A stretch of 64,000 bases of DNA from positions 1 through 64,000 of the forward strand of contig PLCF01000062.1 of NCBI GenBank assembly GCA_003135555.1, given 5' to 3'. Position 1 is the first letter of the stretch. Every line of letters begins with the position of its first letter. This DNA is from Vulcanimicrobiota bacterium (lineage in GTDB: Bacteria > Vulcanimicrobiota > Vulcanimicrobiia > Vulcanimicrobiales > Vulcanimicrobiaceae). Shown here piece after piece: positions 17,397 to 27,188 of this stretch. The translations under genes and the position numbers were made by a program. The notes under the pieces are model-generated. The model ran no database searches, was not told the DNA's origin, and worked only from the letters and a program-made list of their open reading frames with translations.

Positions 17397-19040
17397 ATGA
17401 AAGTTTCCCTTCGTCGTATCGTTTCCGCCGTCGTCGCCCTTCCGAGACGTGCTCGCCTTGCCACGAGCCTGATCCGTGAAACGCTACGTTACCTCCGTGA
17501 GGATCGCCCACTCGAGAATGGAGCGTTCCGCGCCGTTGGGCTCCCGTACGACGCGACGCCGGCACACGTGGTGTTGTGGCGTGCGCTCCGCTCGTTGCCG
17601 GAAGTGATCCGGGAGCACGAGAGGCAGTTTGTGGAAACGCAGCGCCTGTTCGACGAACGCGAGCCCTTCCTGCGTATCGCGCGATCCGACGCCCCCAAGT
17701 CGTACGAATGGCGAGGGCCAGCCGACGTGGTCTTTGCCAGTCGTTCGCTTTCGGGGATGTTGACGGTGCGTTGGGACGGTTCGCGCCTGTCCGGCAACCT
17801 GGAACACGACGGCTCCGTACGGTCCGGCCCGCTCGGCCTCTCCGGATCGAATCCGGGCCGTCTTCGCGGCCCCGAGGCGCTTGGTACCGCGCAGCTTCCA
17901 GGAACGACCCTGGAGGGCATCTCTGGCGAGTTCACGGCCTTTGGTACGTCCACGACATCGTCGTTCACGGCGCTGCGGATGACGCGCACAGAGCGGCCCG
18001 GCCGCGATGTCTTCCATCGCTATTGCTTCCGCGGCGGACGGCTTCGCGGTTGGGCCTCGTTGACGGAACGCATCTCGTCGCGCACGCCCAAACGTTTCCG
18101 GACAGAGCGGACGCGAGATTCCTTCGATGTTCTAATCTTTGGAAGACGCACACGGATCACGCAGGTTCACGACGATGAATACGAGCAGCGGGAGCAGGTC
18201 CTCGGCGTTACCATCGAGGGCGATCCATTCAGCGAGCGCGAGGAACGCCTGCTTTGGCTCGTCCTATCGTTCGTCGCCGGCAATCGCGTTCAGCCCATCA
18301 CCGTGGAGCATTTCGACGCCGCCGCGACGCGAACGCAGATTGCCATGCTGGGTGCGGTCGAGTACGGTGAGCGTGCTACCGCCCCTCCGTTCGACCTCCG
18401 CATCACCGAACCGACGTTCGGGCCGCCGGACTTTGAACGCCTGACGCAGGGGTTCGGGGAACTGGAAGACGCCGGCTATCCGATTGCGGAAGCACTGCAC
18501 CACCTGCACGACTCGAACACCGGCTACACGCAGGTCGAACTGAAGAACCTCCTATTCTGCATTCACACCCTCTTTGAGGCCTGGGCGGATGAGAACGACC
18601 AACGGGAGATCATCGGGACGAAGGCACACGACGGCCTGCGCAAACAGGTTTCTTCGGAGCTTGACCGCGTCTTCGGTGCAGACACCGAGATTCGCGCCGC
18701 CGTGCGAAGCGCTCTGCGAACCGCGCACAATCGGGTCGGAGCGCAATTGCAGGAACTATTCTTTGAGAGACTCGGGGTCGTGCTCTCGGACGCGGATCGT
18801 CGCGCGCTCCGTCGCCGCAACTCGCTCTTCCACAATGGCTACCTGGTTCCGAAAGCCGGCCAATCGCAACTGGACTTCCTCCAGGAATTGGTCGACGATG
18901 CAGCGACGCTTCGAACGCTCGCACACATCGCGATTCTGAAACTGGTGCGATACGACGGCACGGTCTTCGACTACCGCACGTGGTCATCGATCGGCATGTC
19001 GTCAGGGCCGGGCCAGCTTTATCTTCGCGCGGCTACGTAG
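17397..19040 (+). CDS. ApeA-like protein with C-terminal HEPN domain
   Basis: LSFVAG, LFCIHTLFEAW helix, RRRNSLFHNG (Rx4H). Confidence 0.7.
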   Translation: MKVSLRRIVSAVVALPRRARLATSLIRETLRYLREDRPLENGAFRAVGLPYDATPAHVVLWRALRSLPEVIREHERQFVETQRLFDEREPFLRIARSDAPKSYEWRGPADVVFASRSLSGMLTVRWDGSRLSGNLEHDGSVRSGPLGLSGSNPGRLRGPEALGTAQLPGTTLEGISGEFTAFGTSTTSSFTALRMTRTERPGRDVFHRYCFRGGRLRGWASLTERISSRTPKRFRTERTRDSFDVLIFGRRTRITQVHDDEYEQREQVLGVTIEGDPFSEREERLLWLVLSFVAGNRVQPITVEHFDAAATRTQIAMLGAVEYGERATAPPFDLRITEPTFGPPDFERLTQGFGELEDAGYPIAEALHHLHDSNTGYTQVELKNLLFCIHTLFEAWADENDQREIIGTKAHDGLRKQVSSELDRVFGADTEIRAAVRSALRTAHNRVGAQLQELFFERLGVVLSDADRRALRRRNSLFHNGYLVPKAGQSQLDFLQELVDDAATLRTLAHIAILKLVRYDGTVFDYRTWSSIGMSSGPGQLYLRAAT

Positions 19041-19755
19041 AGGCGTCCGGTGATATCCACGGGATCCGGAAGACCGAGGTGGCGTTGGTGGTGTCGACCG
19101 GAGTCATGGATAGGATCCCGGGTCCGGCCAAGATCACCGTGTATTTCTTCGTCAGCCGCTCGATCAGCATGATGGCCTCGTCGAGGCTGTCGTACGTCGG
19201 TCGCGTGAACTGAGGGTCGGCTTTTCTTTTGTCGTTGTGTGCGATCTCGCGGTCGCTGATGTGCACGAGCAACTTCGTCGCGTCCTCAAGTTCGGCGAGG
19301 TCCGCTTCCAGGGGCGCTTTGTCGAGATGCTGACCGCTCGCATCGCAGTGGTTCTTCCAGTGAAGACCAGCGAGGTGGTCGGACATCGAGGTATCGTACG
19401 TGAATCCGCCAGGAATAGGACGGCGGTACATCTCGAAGGTCCATTCACGCGTGACCATCGTGTGGTTCTCGATGAGGTCGTCGATCAGGCCGGTGAGCGT
19501 GACGGAGTCTTTGTCCCGCTTCACCAGGCGCCGGACCGCGAGAACCGCGTAATCCTTGTAGATGTAGCGGAAGTAGTACACGATCCGGTTGTTTGGGTCG
19601 AGCGCGGGGTTCTTGTTGACGACGTCCTCGTAGATCGCGTTCCACCGCCGAAAGTCCATGAGGTGGAGCACCTGCGATCGGATGTCGTCCATCCACGTCT
19701 CCCACTTCTCATGTTTCTGTGGGTTCATCTTGTTCGTCGGCGTCTCGGTAGACAT
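19033..19755 (-). CDS. HEPN/AbiU2-like protein
   Basis: VLAVRRLVKRDKDSVTL and SDREIAHND; ATG overlaps the upstream TGA. Confidence 0.65.
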   Translation of the reverse strand: MSTETPTNKMNPQKHEKWETWMDDIRSQVLHLMDFRRWNAIYEDVVNKNPALDPNNRIVYYFRYIYKDYAVLAVRRLVKRDKDSVTLTGLIDDLIENHTMVTREWTFEMYRRPIPGGFTYDTSMSDHLAGLHWKNHCDASGQHLDKAPLEADLAELEDATKLLVHISDREIAHNDKRKADPQFTRPTYDSLDEAIMLIERLTKKYTVILAGPGILSMTPVDTTNATSVFRIPWISPDAST

Positions 19756-19964
19756 CAGGCGATCCCGTGCACGGCTTCGAGCCGCCCCGGCATCACCACG
19801 TACGCCGCCATCGTCGGCGTGCGCGGGAGGCCGCCCGCGCGGATCGCACGGACCTGATCGTACATGTTTCGGTACACCCAGAGGATCTCGGTGCCGGGGG
19901 TGTCGTCGACCTCGACGCCGTCGAATGGCCCGTTGACGAGCCGGATCTTTGCTGCCGCCTCCAT
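19755..19964 (-). CDS. Small hypothetical protein
   Basis: IRLVNGPFDG motif; TGATG coupling to the next gene. Confidence 0.55.
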   Translation of the reverse strand: MEAAAKIRLVNGPFDGVEVDDTPGTEILWVYRNMYDQVRAIRAGGLPRTPTMAAYVVMPGRLEAVHGIA

Positions 19965-20094
19965 GCGAACGTACGTTCGATACAGCCCCCTGGTGCCCTG
20001 CGGTCACCCGAAACCCTGGTCGGCTCTTGAGAACTTCGCTGCAACGCCTGGGGCAAGCCACCATCCAGCCGACACCAATGACACGTCTTTTCAC

Positions 20095-20418
20095 CTAGTT
20101 CCCCGTATCGATACGATCGAGAACGGGCTCGAAGGCGACTGCGATCTCATCCACGGCATTCGGCTTGCTGAACAAACGCTGCATAGTGCGCAGCATGCCT
20201 ATGACGTGAATCACTGTCTCACCGAGCGTCTTACTTAGCGAAAAGACCGTAAAGCTCAAATGAAACGTATAGTCGGTAGGGTCACCACCGCCGGCCTTAC
20301 GCAGGACGTCTGCCGTTGCGAGCGCGCTACCGTGTACGAAGGCGCTCCCAAGCGCATAGTGTCCATCGTAGAGTACTGTCGCTTTCCCCGCGAAGACGTC
20401 CTCGAACATGCAATCCAA
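20095..20418 (-). pseudogene. Probable DUF5677-like C-terminal fragment
   Basis: LYDGHYALGSAFVHGS pattern; short and apparently N-truncated. Confidence 0.35.
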
Positions 20419-20505
20419 GCCGTGGCGAGCCTTTCGGGCCGAACTCGTGCATCCTACGGACTTGCCCCGGCATCAGGGGGCGTCCGATCAGCGGACGTGC
20501 TGTGC

Positions 20506-21273
20506 CTACGTCGATTGCACCATTGCGTAAGCAAACGCGAAGAACTTCCGATTGAGCTCCTCGTAGTCGTCGCCGGCGAGCGCCTCGACCACGTCCGGGC
20601 ACACGTTACTGCGGAATGGGTGATGCGCACCATCAGGTGCGATCGCGATCCCGAGGGCGTCGGCGATGATCGGAACTGCCTTCATCTGCTGCGGAGTGGG
20701 AGGTTCGGTGCGAGACCATTCGTCGGCATGGCGAAAATTCGCCGCAGCCGCCTCGAGCACGTCGCCGACCGACCTCCCGACCACCAGCGGCCCCGCCGCG
20801 CTCCAGGTGGACGGTTTGCCCAGGTCGTTCCAGCAACGTCGCAGCGCGGCGTGGAGCACGACCACGATGGCGCCGGCATACGCGTCGCGGCCCAGTTCGT
20901 TCGCGCCGATCTCATCGGTGAGCGAGTGGAACACGTCGATTGAGACTTCGCGGCGCGCGCGCAGGACAGCGACGTCGTTCTGCTGCTCGCGCAGCCGCTC
21001 GCGGCGATCCGCGGCGGAGGACACGAACCGGAACAGCACACCGAGCGTTGGCGCATTGAAGCGCCACCGCTGCACCAGCCGGAAAAGTGCGTTGAAGCGG
21101 TCGTCGCCGAGTTTGATGTCGCCGTCGTGCATCCCGAGATTGCCGCCGACGCTGAATGAGACGTCCGCTCCACCCTTGAGCAAGTCAAGGCCGTAGGCCT
21201 CGACGACGTCACCGTACGCGGGAGGGTTTAGCAGACCGTCGTCCGCCGAGAGGTCCCCGCTGTCAGACTTCAT
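20506..21273 (-). CDS. Hypothetical protein, possible divergent HEPN fold
   Basis: YAGAIVVVL helix and AAAANFRHADEW; co-oriented downstream of the DarT-ARH operon. Confidence 0.6.
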   Translation of the reverse strand: MKSDSGDLSADDGLLNPPAYGDVVEAYGLDLLKGGADVSFSVGGNLGMHDGDIKLGDDRFNALFRLVQRWRFNAPTLGVLFRFVSSAADRRERLREQQNDVAVLRARREVSIDVFHSLTDEIGANELGRDAYAGAIVVVLHAALRRCWNDLGKPSTWSAAGPLVVGRSVGDVLEAAAANFRHADEWSRTEPPTPQQMKAVPIIADALGIAIAPDGAHHPFRSNVCPDVVEALAGDDYEELNRKFFAFAYAMVQST

Positions 21274-21427
21274 CCAATCCGTTTCCAGGCGTTGGCTCCG
21301 GCGATCGCGATAACCGCGTACGATGCGGTGATTCCCGACGCAGAGCCCCACACAGCCCGGCGCCCCGCAAGGCAGGCTCGGGGTGCGGCGATGGAGTGGT
21401 ATTCGGAAAGGCCGGGCTTACGGATCG

Positions 21428-23209
21428 TCACGGGCGGCGCCGGCGCATCCGCCGGATTACTGACGCGGCAAACACCGCGCCCAGTTCGGGGCCGTGCTCG
21501 ATGTCCGCGAAGCGCGCGATGTAGCGGCCGATGAGATCGTGCTTGAAGCCGCTCTCTTCAATCCGCGCCGCAAGCGTTTCGGTGTCGGGCAGAACTCCTT
21601 GAGCCGCGCGCCGCTCTGCCTCGGCCTGGCGATCGCTGCGGGAGGGCGCTTCCGCCGGCCGGCGGACGTCCCAGAACCGCGTCGAGCCGCGCGAAGCCTG
21701 GTCATCCGGACCGGAGGGCCCCTCGCGCTGCTCGGACTCACGTGGCGGTTTTCGCTCTTCGTCTCCTGTCAGGGTCATCTGCTTGGGCTTCTCCGAGGAA
21801 GCCGTAACGGGTGGGACCGACGCCGCGTCCGAGGCGCGCCGGGTCGGAGCGGAGGACGGGGAGAGATCCGGGATGGGCTCGCGCACCTTGGCGAGGATGC
21901 TCTGCCCGAAGTCCAACGTCATCCATTGCCAGATGCTCTTTGCCCCCTTGCCGGTTCGACGGAATTCTGGACCGCGCTCGGTCACGAAGCCCAGTCCGCT
22001 AAGGGCGGGCTTGCCGCCAACCATTCCAACCGCGTCGCTTTGACTCTGGGGCGGCTCCCACCGCAGCAGATCAGGATAGGAGAAGCTCGACGCGTTGCGC
22101 GACTCCGATATCGCCTCCAGCCGGCGCGCCTCCTGGTCGATGTACGGCAGGTCCTGAATCGGTCCCGGAACGTCGAGAGAGGTCACGCAGCCGAGCAACG
22201 CGCCCGCCATCGTCCCGATGCTATCCGTGTCAGTTCCGAGCTCGTTGGCTGCCGTTACGATCGCTCCGACCGGATCGTCCTTGAACAGCCACGCCAGGAA
22301 GTACGCAGCGACTGCGGTGTGGGTGCCGGAACCGCGGACTTTGGACTCGCGTAGTCCGAGCGCGTCGCAGATGCGACCGTACATGTAGGCGGGTTCGCCG
22401 GCATCAACAGCGAGCGCCACCGCAAGCAATTCCTGCATTTCGCGGATGGTCTCGTCCACCGAGGCTGAGAACGTCGTCCCCGATTCCTTCTCCCACTTGC
22501 GTAGCCAAAAGTCCTGAAGGTCCGCGTCGTCGCGCACAATGGTGGTCACGAGGCGCATGCGCTTGAGATGGTCCTGCGCCCAACGGGGATGCGGTAGTTC
22601 GCGTTCGCCAAGCGCGAAGGCGAGAACGAACGCATGGAAGGCTGCGCCAAGAAAACCGCGCGGGTGTCCGTGGGTGCTCAGGCTATTGCGCAGTACGTCC
22701 GGAAGATACGACGCCAGATCGCCCCTGGTGCGGGCGGCCCAGACGTGCGGCTGCACCCGCATGGCGGCACCATTGCCGCCCGCGTCGACGTACCTTGCCG
22801 TCTTGTCATCGAAGAAGTTTGTGGACCAGGTGTAGATGTGCCGCGTCAGAGAGTTGGCGGCAGCCCGGCTGGAGCGTCCTGCCCCAAGCGCGTACGCCGA
22901 CCAGACGGGCAGTTCGACCTTTGCGAACGCCTCAACATCGAAGCGCCCGTCGCCGCGGATGGCTCGGCTCGTCGCAAGGCGCAGCTGCGTATCGTCGGAG
23001 TAGGTCCCTTCCGGAAGCCTCGCCTCCACTCCAAACTGTCCCCCGATCTTCCGCCGCCAGGCAACCGTGCGTTCTACCCGCTCAGTTCCAGCGCGGTGGC
23101 GCAAGCCCGCCGCGTCGGTGAGCTCGGTGATGAAGCCGAGGGCATCACCGTAAGCAGCCCAGCGCGAACTCCGAACGACCGTGCTCAGCTCATCCATGGC
23201 GCCCCTCAT
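21428..23209 (-). CDS. ADP-ribosylglycohydrolase (ARH/DraG family) with long C-terminal extension
   Basis: AYGDALG, YSDDTQL, GNGAAMR, THGHP, GTDTDSIGTMAGALLG; ATGA overlap with darT stop. Confidence 0.92.
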   Translation of the reverse strand: MRGAMDELSTVVRSSRWAAYGDALGFITELTDAAGLRHRAGTERVERTVAWRRKIGGQFGVEARLPEGTYSDDTQLRLATSRAIRGDGRFDVEAFAKVELPVWSAYALGAGRSSRAAANSLTRHIYTWSTNFFDDKTARYVDAGGNGAAMRVQPHVWAARTRGDLASYLPDVLRNSLSTHGHPRGFLGAAFHAFVLAFALGERELPHPRWAQDHLKRMRLVTTIVRDDADLQDFWLRKWEKESGTTFSASVDETIREMQELLAVALAVDAGEPAYMYGRICDALGLRESKVRGSGTHTAVAAYFLAWLFKDDPVGAIVTAANELGTDTDSIGTMAGALLGCVTSLDVPGPIQDLPYIDQEARRLEAISESRNASSFSYPDLLRWEPPQSQSDAVGMVGGKPALSGLGFVTERGPEFRRTGKGAKSIWQWMTLDFGQSILAKVREPIPDLSPSSAPTRRASDAASVPPVTASSEKPKQMTLTGDEERKPPRESEQREGPSGPDDQASRGSTRFWDVRRPAEAPSRSDRQAEAERRAAQGVLPDTETLAARIEESGFKHDLIGRYIARFADIEHGPELGAVFAASVIRRMRRRRP

Positions 23210-23856
23210 TGGAACGTCCGAGGGTCGACAACCACTTTGACCGCCTTGAGCCGAAACGTCTGCAACAATGCGTGAACCTGGTCGCCATCGGCCTCATCGG
23301 CAACATAGATGGTCTTGAGGAATCTCAGGGGGAGTGCGTCGGGATACAGCGCCTCTGCTTGACGACAGGTCGGCCACGCCTGGTTCATTCCGCCGGCCCG
23401 GCGGACGACCTTGCCTTCCCACTGCACGATGTGCGATGCGTATAGCGCGCGCAGACCCTCGAACCCCGGAGCACGGAGCGCGCCTGTGTACATGTTGTTT
23501 GTCGTCGCAAACAGGACTCCGGGGTGCGCCAAGATATCCGGTGTGAACGAGAGCACGCACCAAAAGAGGTCTGGCTCGTCCCGGTACCACTTGTTCATCG
23601 CCACGTCGAGGAACGCCGCGTTCACGCGGTCGATCGACAGGTTGACGTAATCAAGCTGGTCCACGTCGCGGCGGAGCTTCGCATTCGGGCGGTAGATGTG
23701 TTTGAGGTACTGGCTCTCGTCGAGGTGTCGGCGCGCGAGAACGTGGCTGGTCGCTGCGATTCCGAGCAGACCCGAGTTGCGCGTGAAATGGACGACTTCG
23801 GAGATGGCGAGCTTGCGCACCAACTCCGCAACGTCGCCCTCAGCAGGTGCCCTCAC
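23206..23856 (-). CDS. darT: DarT-family (DUF4433) DNA ADP-ribosyltransferase
   Basis: VVHFTRNSGLLGI, YVNLSI, FATTNN, catalytic QAEAL; GTGA overlap with helicase stop. Confidence 0.85.
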   Translation of the reverse strand: MRAPAEGDVAELVRKLAISEVVHFTRNSGLLGIAATSHVLARRHLDESQYLKHIYRPNAKLRRDVDQLDYVNLSIDRVNAAFLDVAMNKWYRDEPDLFWCVLSFTPDILAHPGVLFATTNNMYTGALRAPGFEGLRALYASHIVQWEGKVVRRAGGMNQAWPTCRQAEALYPDALPLRFLKTIYVADEADGDQVHALLQTFRLKAVKVVVDPRTFQ

Positions 23857-25247
23857 ACGTCCACCGCTTCGTATGTGGCGGGGTCGATGTATTGCACCAG
23901 GACCGATTCTTCGCCCGGCTTGTAGCCAAGCACGACGCTCTTCTTCGCACGCCCGACCGCCATGGCCAGCAACTTGCGCAGCGTCTCGAGTTGAGTGTCG
24001 CCGTCCTCATCGCCGTGGTCACGTGTGACCTGCTCATTGAGCCCGAGCAGGAGGACGTGGTCAAACTCGAGGCCTTTCGCGGAATGCAACGTGCTGAGCG
24101 CGATGTACTCATCGCCTTGCGGCCACTCCGACTCGCGCGTGATGTCGACCCAGTCAAGCCCCGCCGCGCTCAAGCCATCCTTGATGTAGTTGAACCAACC
24201 CTTGGGATGCAGGAACGCAACCGACTCCTTCGTGCCGTTGACGCTGTTCTTGATGTACTCGATCGCGAAGGCAAGCTGCGGCTGGAATTTCCCGCGCAGA
24301 ACGATCGGCTTGACCCCACTCTTCACGCACGTGCTGAAGTCCGGAATCGTGCCTTCCTCGGAGACGTCGATGTCGCGCAAGATGCTGCGCGCGAACTGCG
24401 CAATCTCGACTGTGTTGCGGTAGTTCTGACGAAGGCGCACGATGTCGCGAGCGGCGATCTGCACCCCGACCTCCTGCCACGTGAAGCCGCGCGCGTATAT
24501 CTGCTGCACCTGGTCCAAGACGAATGTCGCGGAAAAGTCGTCGTCCACCAGCTGACGGCGGATAGCGCGGATCTGATTGGCCGAGAAATCCTGCACTTCG
24601 TCGGCGACGACGACGTCGTACCCCCGGCCGAGCCGCTCACGGGCGAGCTCGACGGCGAGGTCATTCCAATCCGGCAGACCTTCCTCTGCTTTCCACGCGA
24701 CGTACGGCAACAGGACTTCGTCCATGAGCCGGCGGCGGTTGACGCGTGGCGCCAGGCCTCGGCCGATGCGTCGCACGGTTAGATACTCCTCGAGGTCCTC
24801 GGGCAGGAAGCGTCCCAGTGCGTAGTCGACCTCCTCGCACAGGAAGTTCGACTCGAGGTGAAGTCCCGCGCCGAGCTCACAGATCTTCTCGCGTCGCGAC
24901 TGGTCCGGCAGGATGTCGCCGGTCAACGTCAACCGCTTCGACCACTTCCCGAACGTTGAGATCGTGAGTTGCAGGCCATCGGCGTCCTCGACCGCTTCAC
25001 GCGCGAGCTCCTCGATGTAGCCACGCAGCGTCCGATTAAACGTGACGACGAGCATCTTTACCGGCTCGTCCAGACCGAGGCGCTCCCGACGCGCGAGCCA
25101 GGCGTTCGCGAGGTACCGAAGGCGCAGAAGGGCGCTCGTGGTCTTCCCACTGCCGGCGGCGCCGCGGACGACGAAGTACCCTGGCCTGTTCGAGCGGATG
25201 ACCGTCAGCTGCTCGGGTGTCGGAAGGACGCCTTGAAGAACGCGCAC
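23853..25247 (-). CDS. Short UvrD/Rep-like SF1 helicase
   Basis: GAAGSGKT, VTFN, DEVQD, QQIY, NYRN, STLHSAKGLEFDHV, GRAK. Confidence 0.92.
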   Translation of the reverse strand: MRVLQGVLPTPEQLTVIRSNRPGYFVVRGAAGSGKTTSALLRLRYLANAWLARRERLGLDEPVKMLVVTFNRTLRGYIEELAREAVEDADGLQLTISTFGKWSKRLTLTGDILPDQSRREKICELGAGLHLESNFLCEEVDYALGRFLPEDLEEYLTVRRIGRGLAPRVNRRRLMDEVLLPYVAWKAEEGLPDWNDLAVELARERLGRGYDVVVADEVQDFSANQIRAIRRQLVDDDFSATFVLDQVQQIYARGFTWQEVGVQIAARDIVRLRQNYRNTVEIAQFARSILRDIDVSEEGTIPDFSTCVKSGVKPIVLRGKFQPQLAFAIEYIKNSVNGTKESVAFLHPKGWFNYIKDGLSAAGLDWVDITRESEWPQGDEYIALSTLHSAKGLEFDHVLLLGLNEQVTRDHGDEDGDTQLETLRKLLAMAVGRAKKSVVLGYKPGEESVLVQYIDPATYEAVDV

Positions 25248-25256
25248 GCTGCCAGC

Positions 25257-25853
25257 TTAGAGGTGTGGCCAGAGGGAGGCGATGTAGGCGGTCTCGGCGA
25301 TCAGCTGCGCGGGCAGAAGCGGGTTCGGCGCGTACGCATGGATGCGTCGACGACGGACATCGAGGATTGCGAACACGGCGCCCGGGCGGTACGTGGCGAG
25401 GGTCGAACCCATCAGCTCCAAGCCCACCGCGATACGGTGGCGCGCGATGGGCTGATCCTTGAAATGGAGCTTGATGACGTGCTCCGTGCCGTTGATGTCC
25501 AGGCCGATCTCCGGGTTCACGGCAACCGAGACTCCATTACTCGACCACGTCGTGCGCGGCGGGTCGAACCAGGTCAGACTCTTGCGACCCCACCACCGGG
25601 CATGTTCTGTCGCGATGACCGGATAGTGAGCCGCCTTGCGGGCATCAGTCGCCCGAGCCGCCGCCTGCGCCGTAAGGTACGCCTTCGTTCGCCCTTCCGA
25701 ATGCGTCTCCACGATCGCCTCGCGAACGCCCTTGTAGAAGTCCGTCGCTGGCGAGTACGGTGCCCGGTGCTTCAGCTCCGCGAGCTTCGCGGCTTTCGGC
25801 GGCCCGGCGCGCATCAGGACCTCGAGGTAGTCGGTAAATCCGAGGTTGGGCAT
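25257..25853 (-). CDS. Hypothetical protein, possible degenerate PD-(D/E)XK fold
   Basis: DFYKGVREAI, VAVNPEIGLDING, VIKLHFK; 9 nt before the helicase start. Confidence 0.7.
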   Translation of the reverse strand: MPNLGFTDYLEVLMRAGPPKAAKLAELKHRAPYSPATDFYKGVREAIVETHSEGRTKAYLTAQAAARATDARKAAHYPVIATEHARWWGRKSLTWFDPPRTTWSSNGVSVAVNPEIGLDINGTEHVIKLHFKDQPIARHRIAVGLELMGSTLATYRPGAVFAILDVRRRRIHAYAPNPLLPAQLIAETAYIASLWPHL

Positions 25854-25917
25854 GGAGGTCGTCGTCCCGGAACGGGTTGCTGCCCGATCAGGCGGCCCGT
25901 CGTTCGGGCGCTCGGAA

Positions 25918-25946
25918 ACGATAGCTTATCCACGCCTCCACGTCAA
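25918..25946 (-). promoter_or_regulatory. Sigma70-like promoter for the helicase-DarT-ARH operon
   Basis: Minus strand TTGACG-17 nt-TATCGT. Confidence 0.6.
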
Positions 25947-25995
25947 TGGGACAATCTGTAAACCTAGCTGATGCTTATCTCACACGCGGTAGCCC

Positions 25996-26024
25996 TTGAC
26001 GGCGCCGTGGAAATGGCGTTTAAT
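25996..26024 (+). promoter_or_regulatory. Sigma70-like promoter for xre-immA, probably leaderless mRNA
   Basis: TTGACG-17 nt-TTTAAT; ATG 7 nt after the -10 box; no Shine-Dalgarno. Confidence 0.65.
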
Positions 26025-26031
26025 CGAAAGT

Positions 26032-26376
26032 ATGTTCGATGAGTCCGTCGTGTACGAAGCCATCGGTTCGGCCGTGGCGACCGCGCGTCGAGCAAGAGGC
26101 ATTTCCCAAGATGACCTCGCGGCGGCGCTCGGCCTTAGCCGCGGCAGCGTAAGCAACATCGAAGCCGGCCGACAAAAGATGCTGGTCCATACCTTGATGC
26201 GAGCGGCCCAACACCTTGGCGTGCCCGTTGCGCGTTTTATTCCGGACGCGAACACCGGTCGGCGCGCTGAGCCCGAAGCGGAGATGGAGCTCAACAGTGT
26301 GCGGCAGCTACGACGCAGCGAGCGTGACGAGATTCTTGCGGTCGTTCAGCGAATGACCACCCGCGATGCCAAGTAG
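26032..26376 (+). CDS. XRE-family HTH repressor
   Basis: ARRARGISQDDLAAALGLSRGSVSNIEAGRQ. Confidence 0.9.
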   Translation: MFDESVVYEAIGSAVATARRARGISQDDLAAALGLSRGSVSNIEAGRQKMLVHTLMRAAQHLGVPVARFIPDANTGRRAEPEAEMELNSVRQLRRSERDEILAVVQRMTTRDAK

Positions 26377-26902
26377 AAACTTCGCCGTGGAGGTCGCGGC
26401 CCTGCTCTCCGAGCACGGTATCGACCAGCCGCCGGTCGATCTCGAGAGGATCGTGCACGATCTCGGAGTGCGCCTCGAATATCCACGACTCGCCGATTCC
26501 CTGTCCGGCTTTCTTGCGAACAAGGACGGAGACCGCGTGATTGGCGTGAACGTTAAGCATCACAAAAATCGCCAGCGCTTCACGCTTGCGCACGAAATCG
26601 CACACCTAATGCTTGGTCATGAGACAGGCGAAGTGCACGTCGACAAGGGAATCGTCTTGTTCCGAGATGCCGACTCGGCCAGCGACAACACGGAAATCGA
26701 GATCGAAGCGAACCGATATGCGGCCGAACTGCTCATCCCAAAGGCAATGCTCCAGCAGGATCTGGCGCGTCTCAACGCCTTCGACGCGATCACCGACGAC
26801 GATCTCGAGTATCTCGCGAACCGCTACGCCATCAGCATGGCGGCGTTGCTCAACCGCCTGGGCGATGTCGGTTTCGCGACGATGTCCGCGCGCCGTCGGT
26901 GA
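26366..26902 (+). CDS. ImmA/IrrE-family Zn metallopeptidase
   Basis: RQRFTLAHEIAH, EIEANRYAAELLIP; overlaps xre stop. Confidence 0.93.
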   Translation: MPSRNFAVEVAALLSEHGIDQPPVDLERIVHDLGVRLEYPRLADSLSGFLANKDGDRVIGVNVKHHKNRQRFTLAHEIAHLMLGHETGEVHVDKGIVLFRDADSASDNTEIEIEANRYAAELLIPKAMLQQDLARLNAFDAITDDDLEYLANRYAISMAALLNRLGDVGFATMSARRR

Positions 26903-27188
26903 GCCGGTGCGCGAGAGACTAGGCTCGAACCTCGGACTTCATCGTCGCCCTGTTCGAGACGCTACAATTGCAGCACTTCTTCAGAACCCGGCGAAGATTT
27001 CGGTCGGAAGTACGAGCGGCGGGCCAGTCACGTCTCGCCGTCCGCGCTTCGCGTGAAGGGCCCGCGCCTACACGTTTACCCGGCTGGCACCGGTCGGGAT
27101 GCGTGAGACCCTCGGACGACCTCAGGACTGACAGTTCTCGCCGCGCGCGACAGGCTTGCGCCGATGCGCCGCGAGAAGAGCCGCGAGG

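Noticed and set aside
27060..27072. 13-nt match GCCCGCGCCTACA shared with 13349-13361
   Set aside because: Short, GC-rich and does not extend; compatible with chance.
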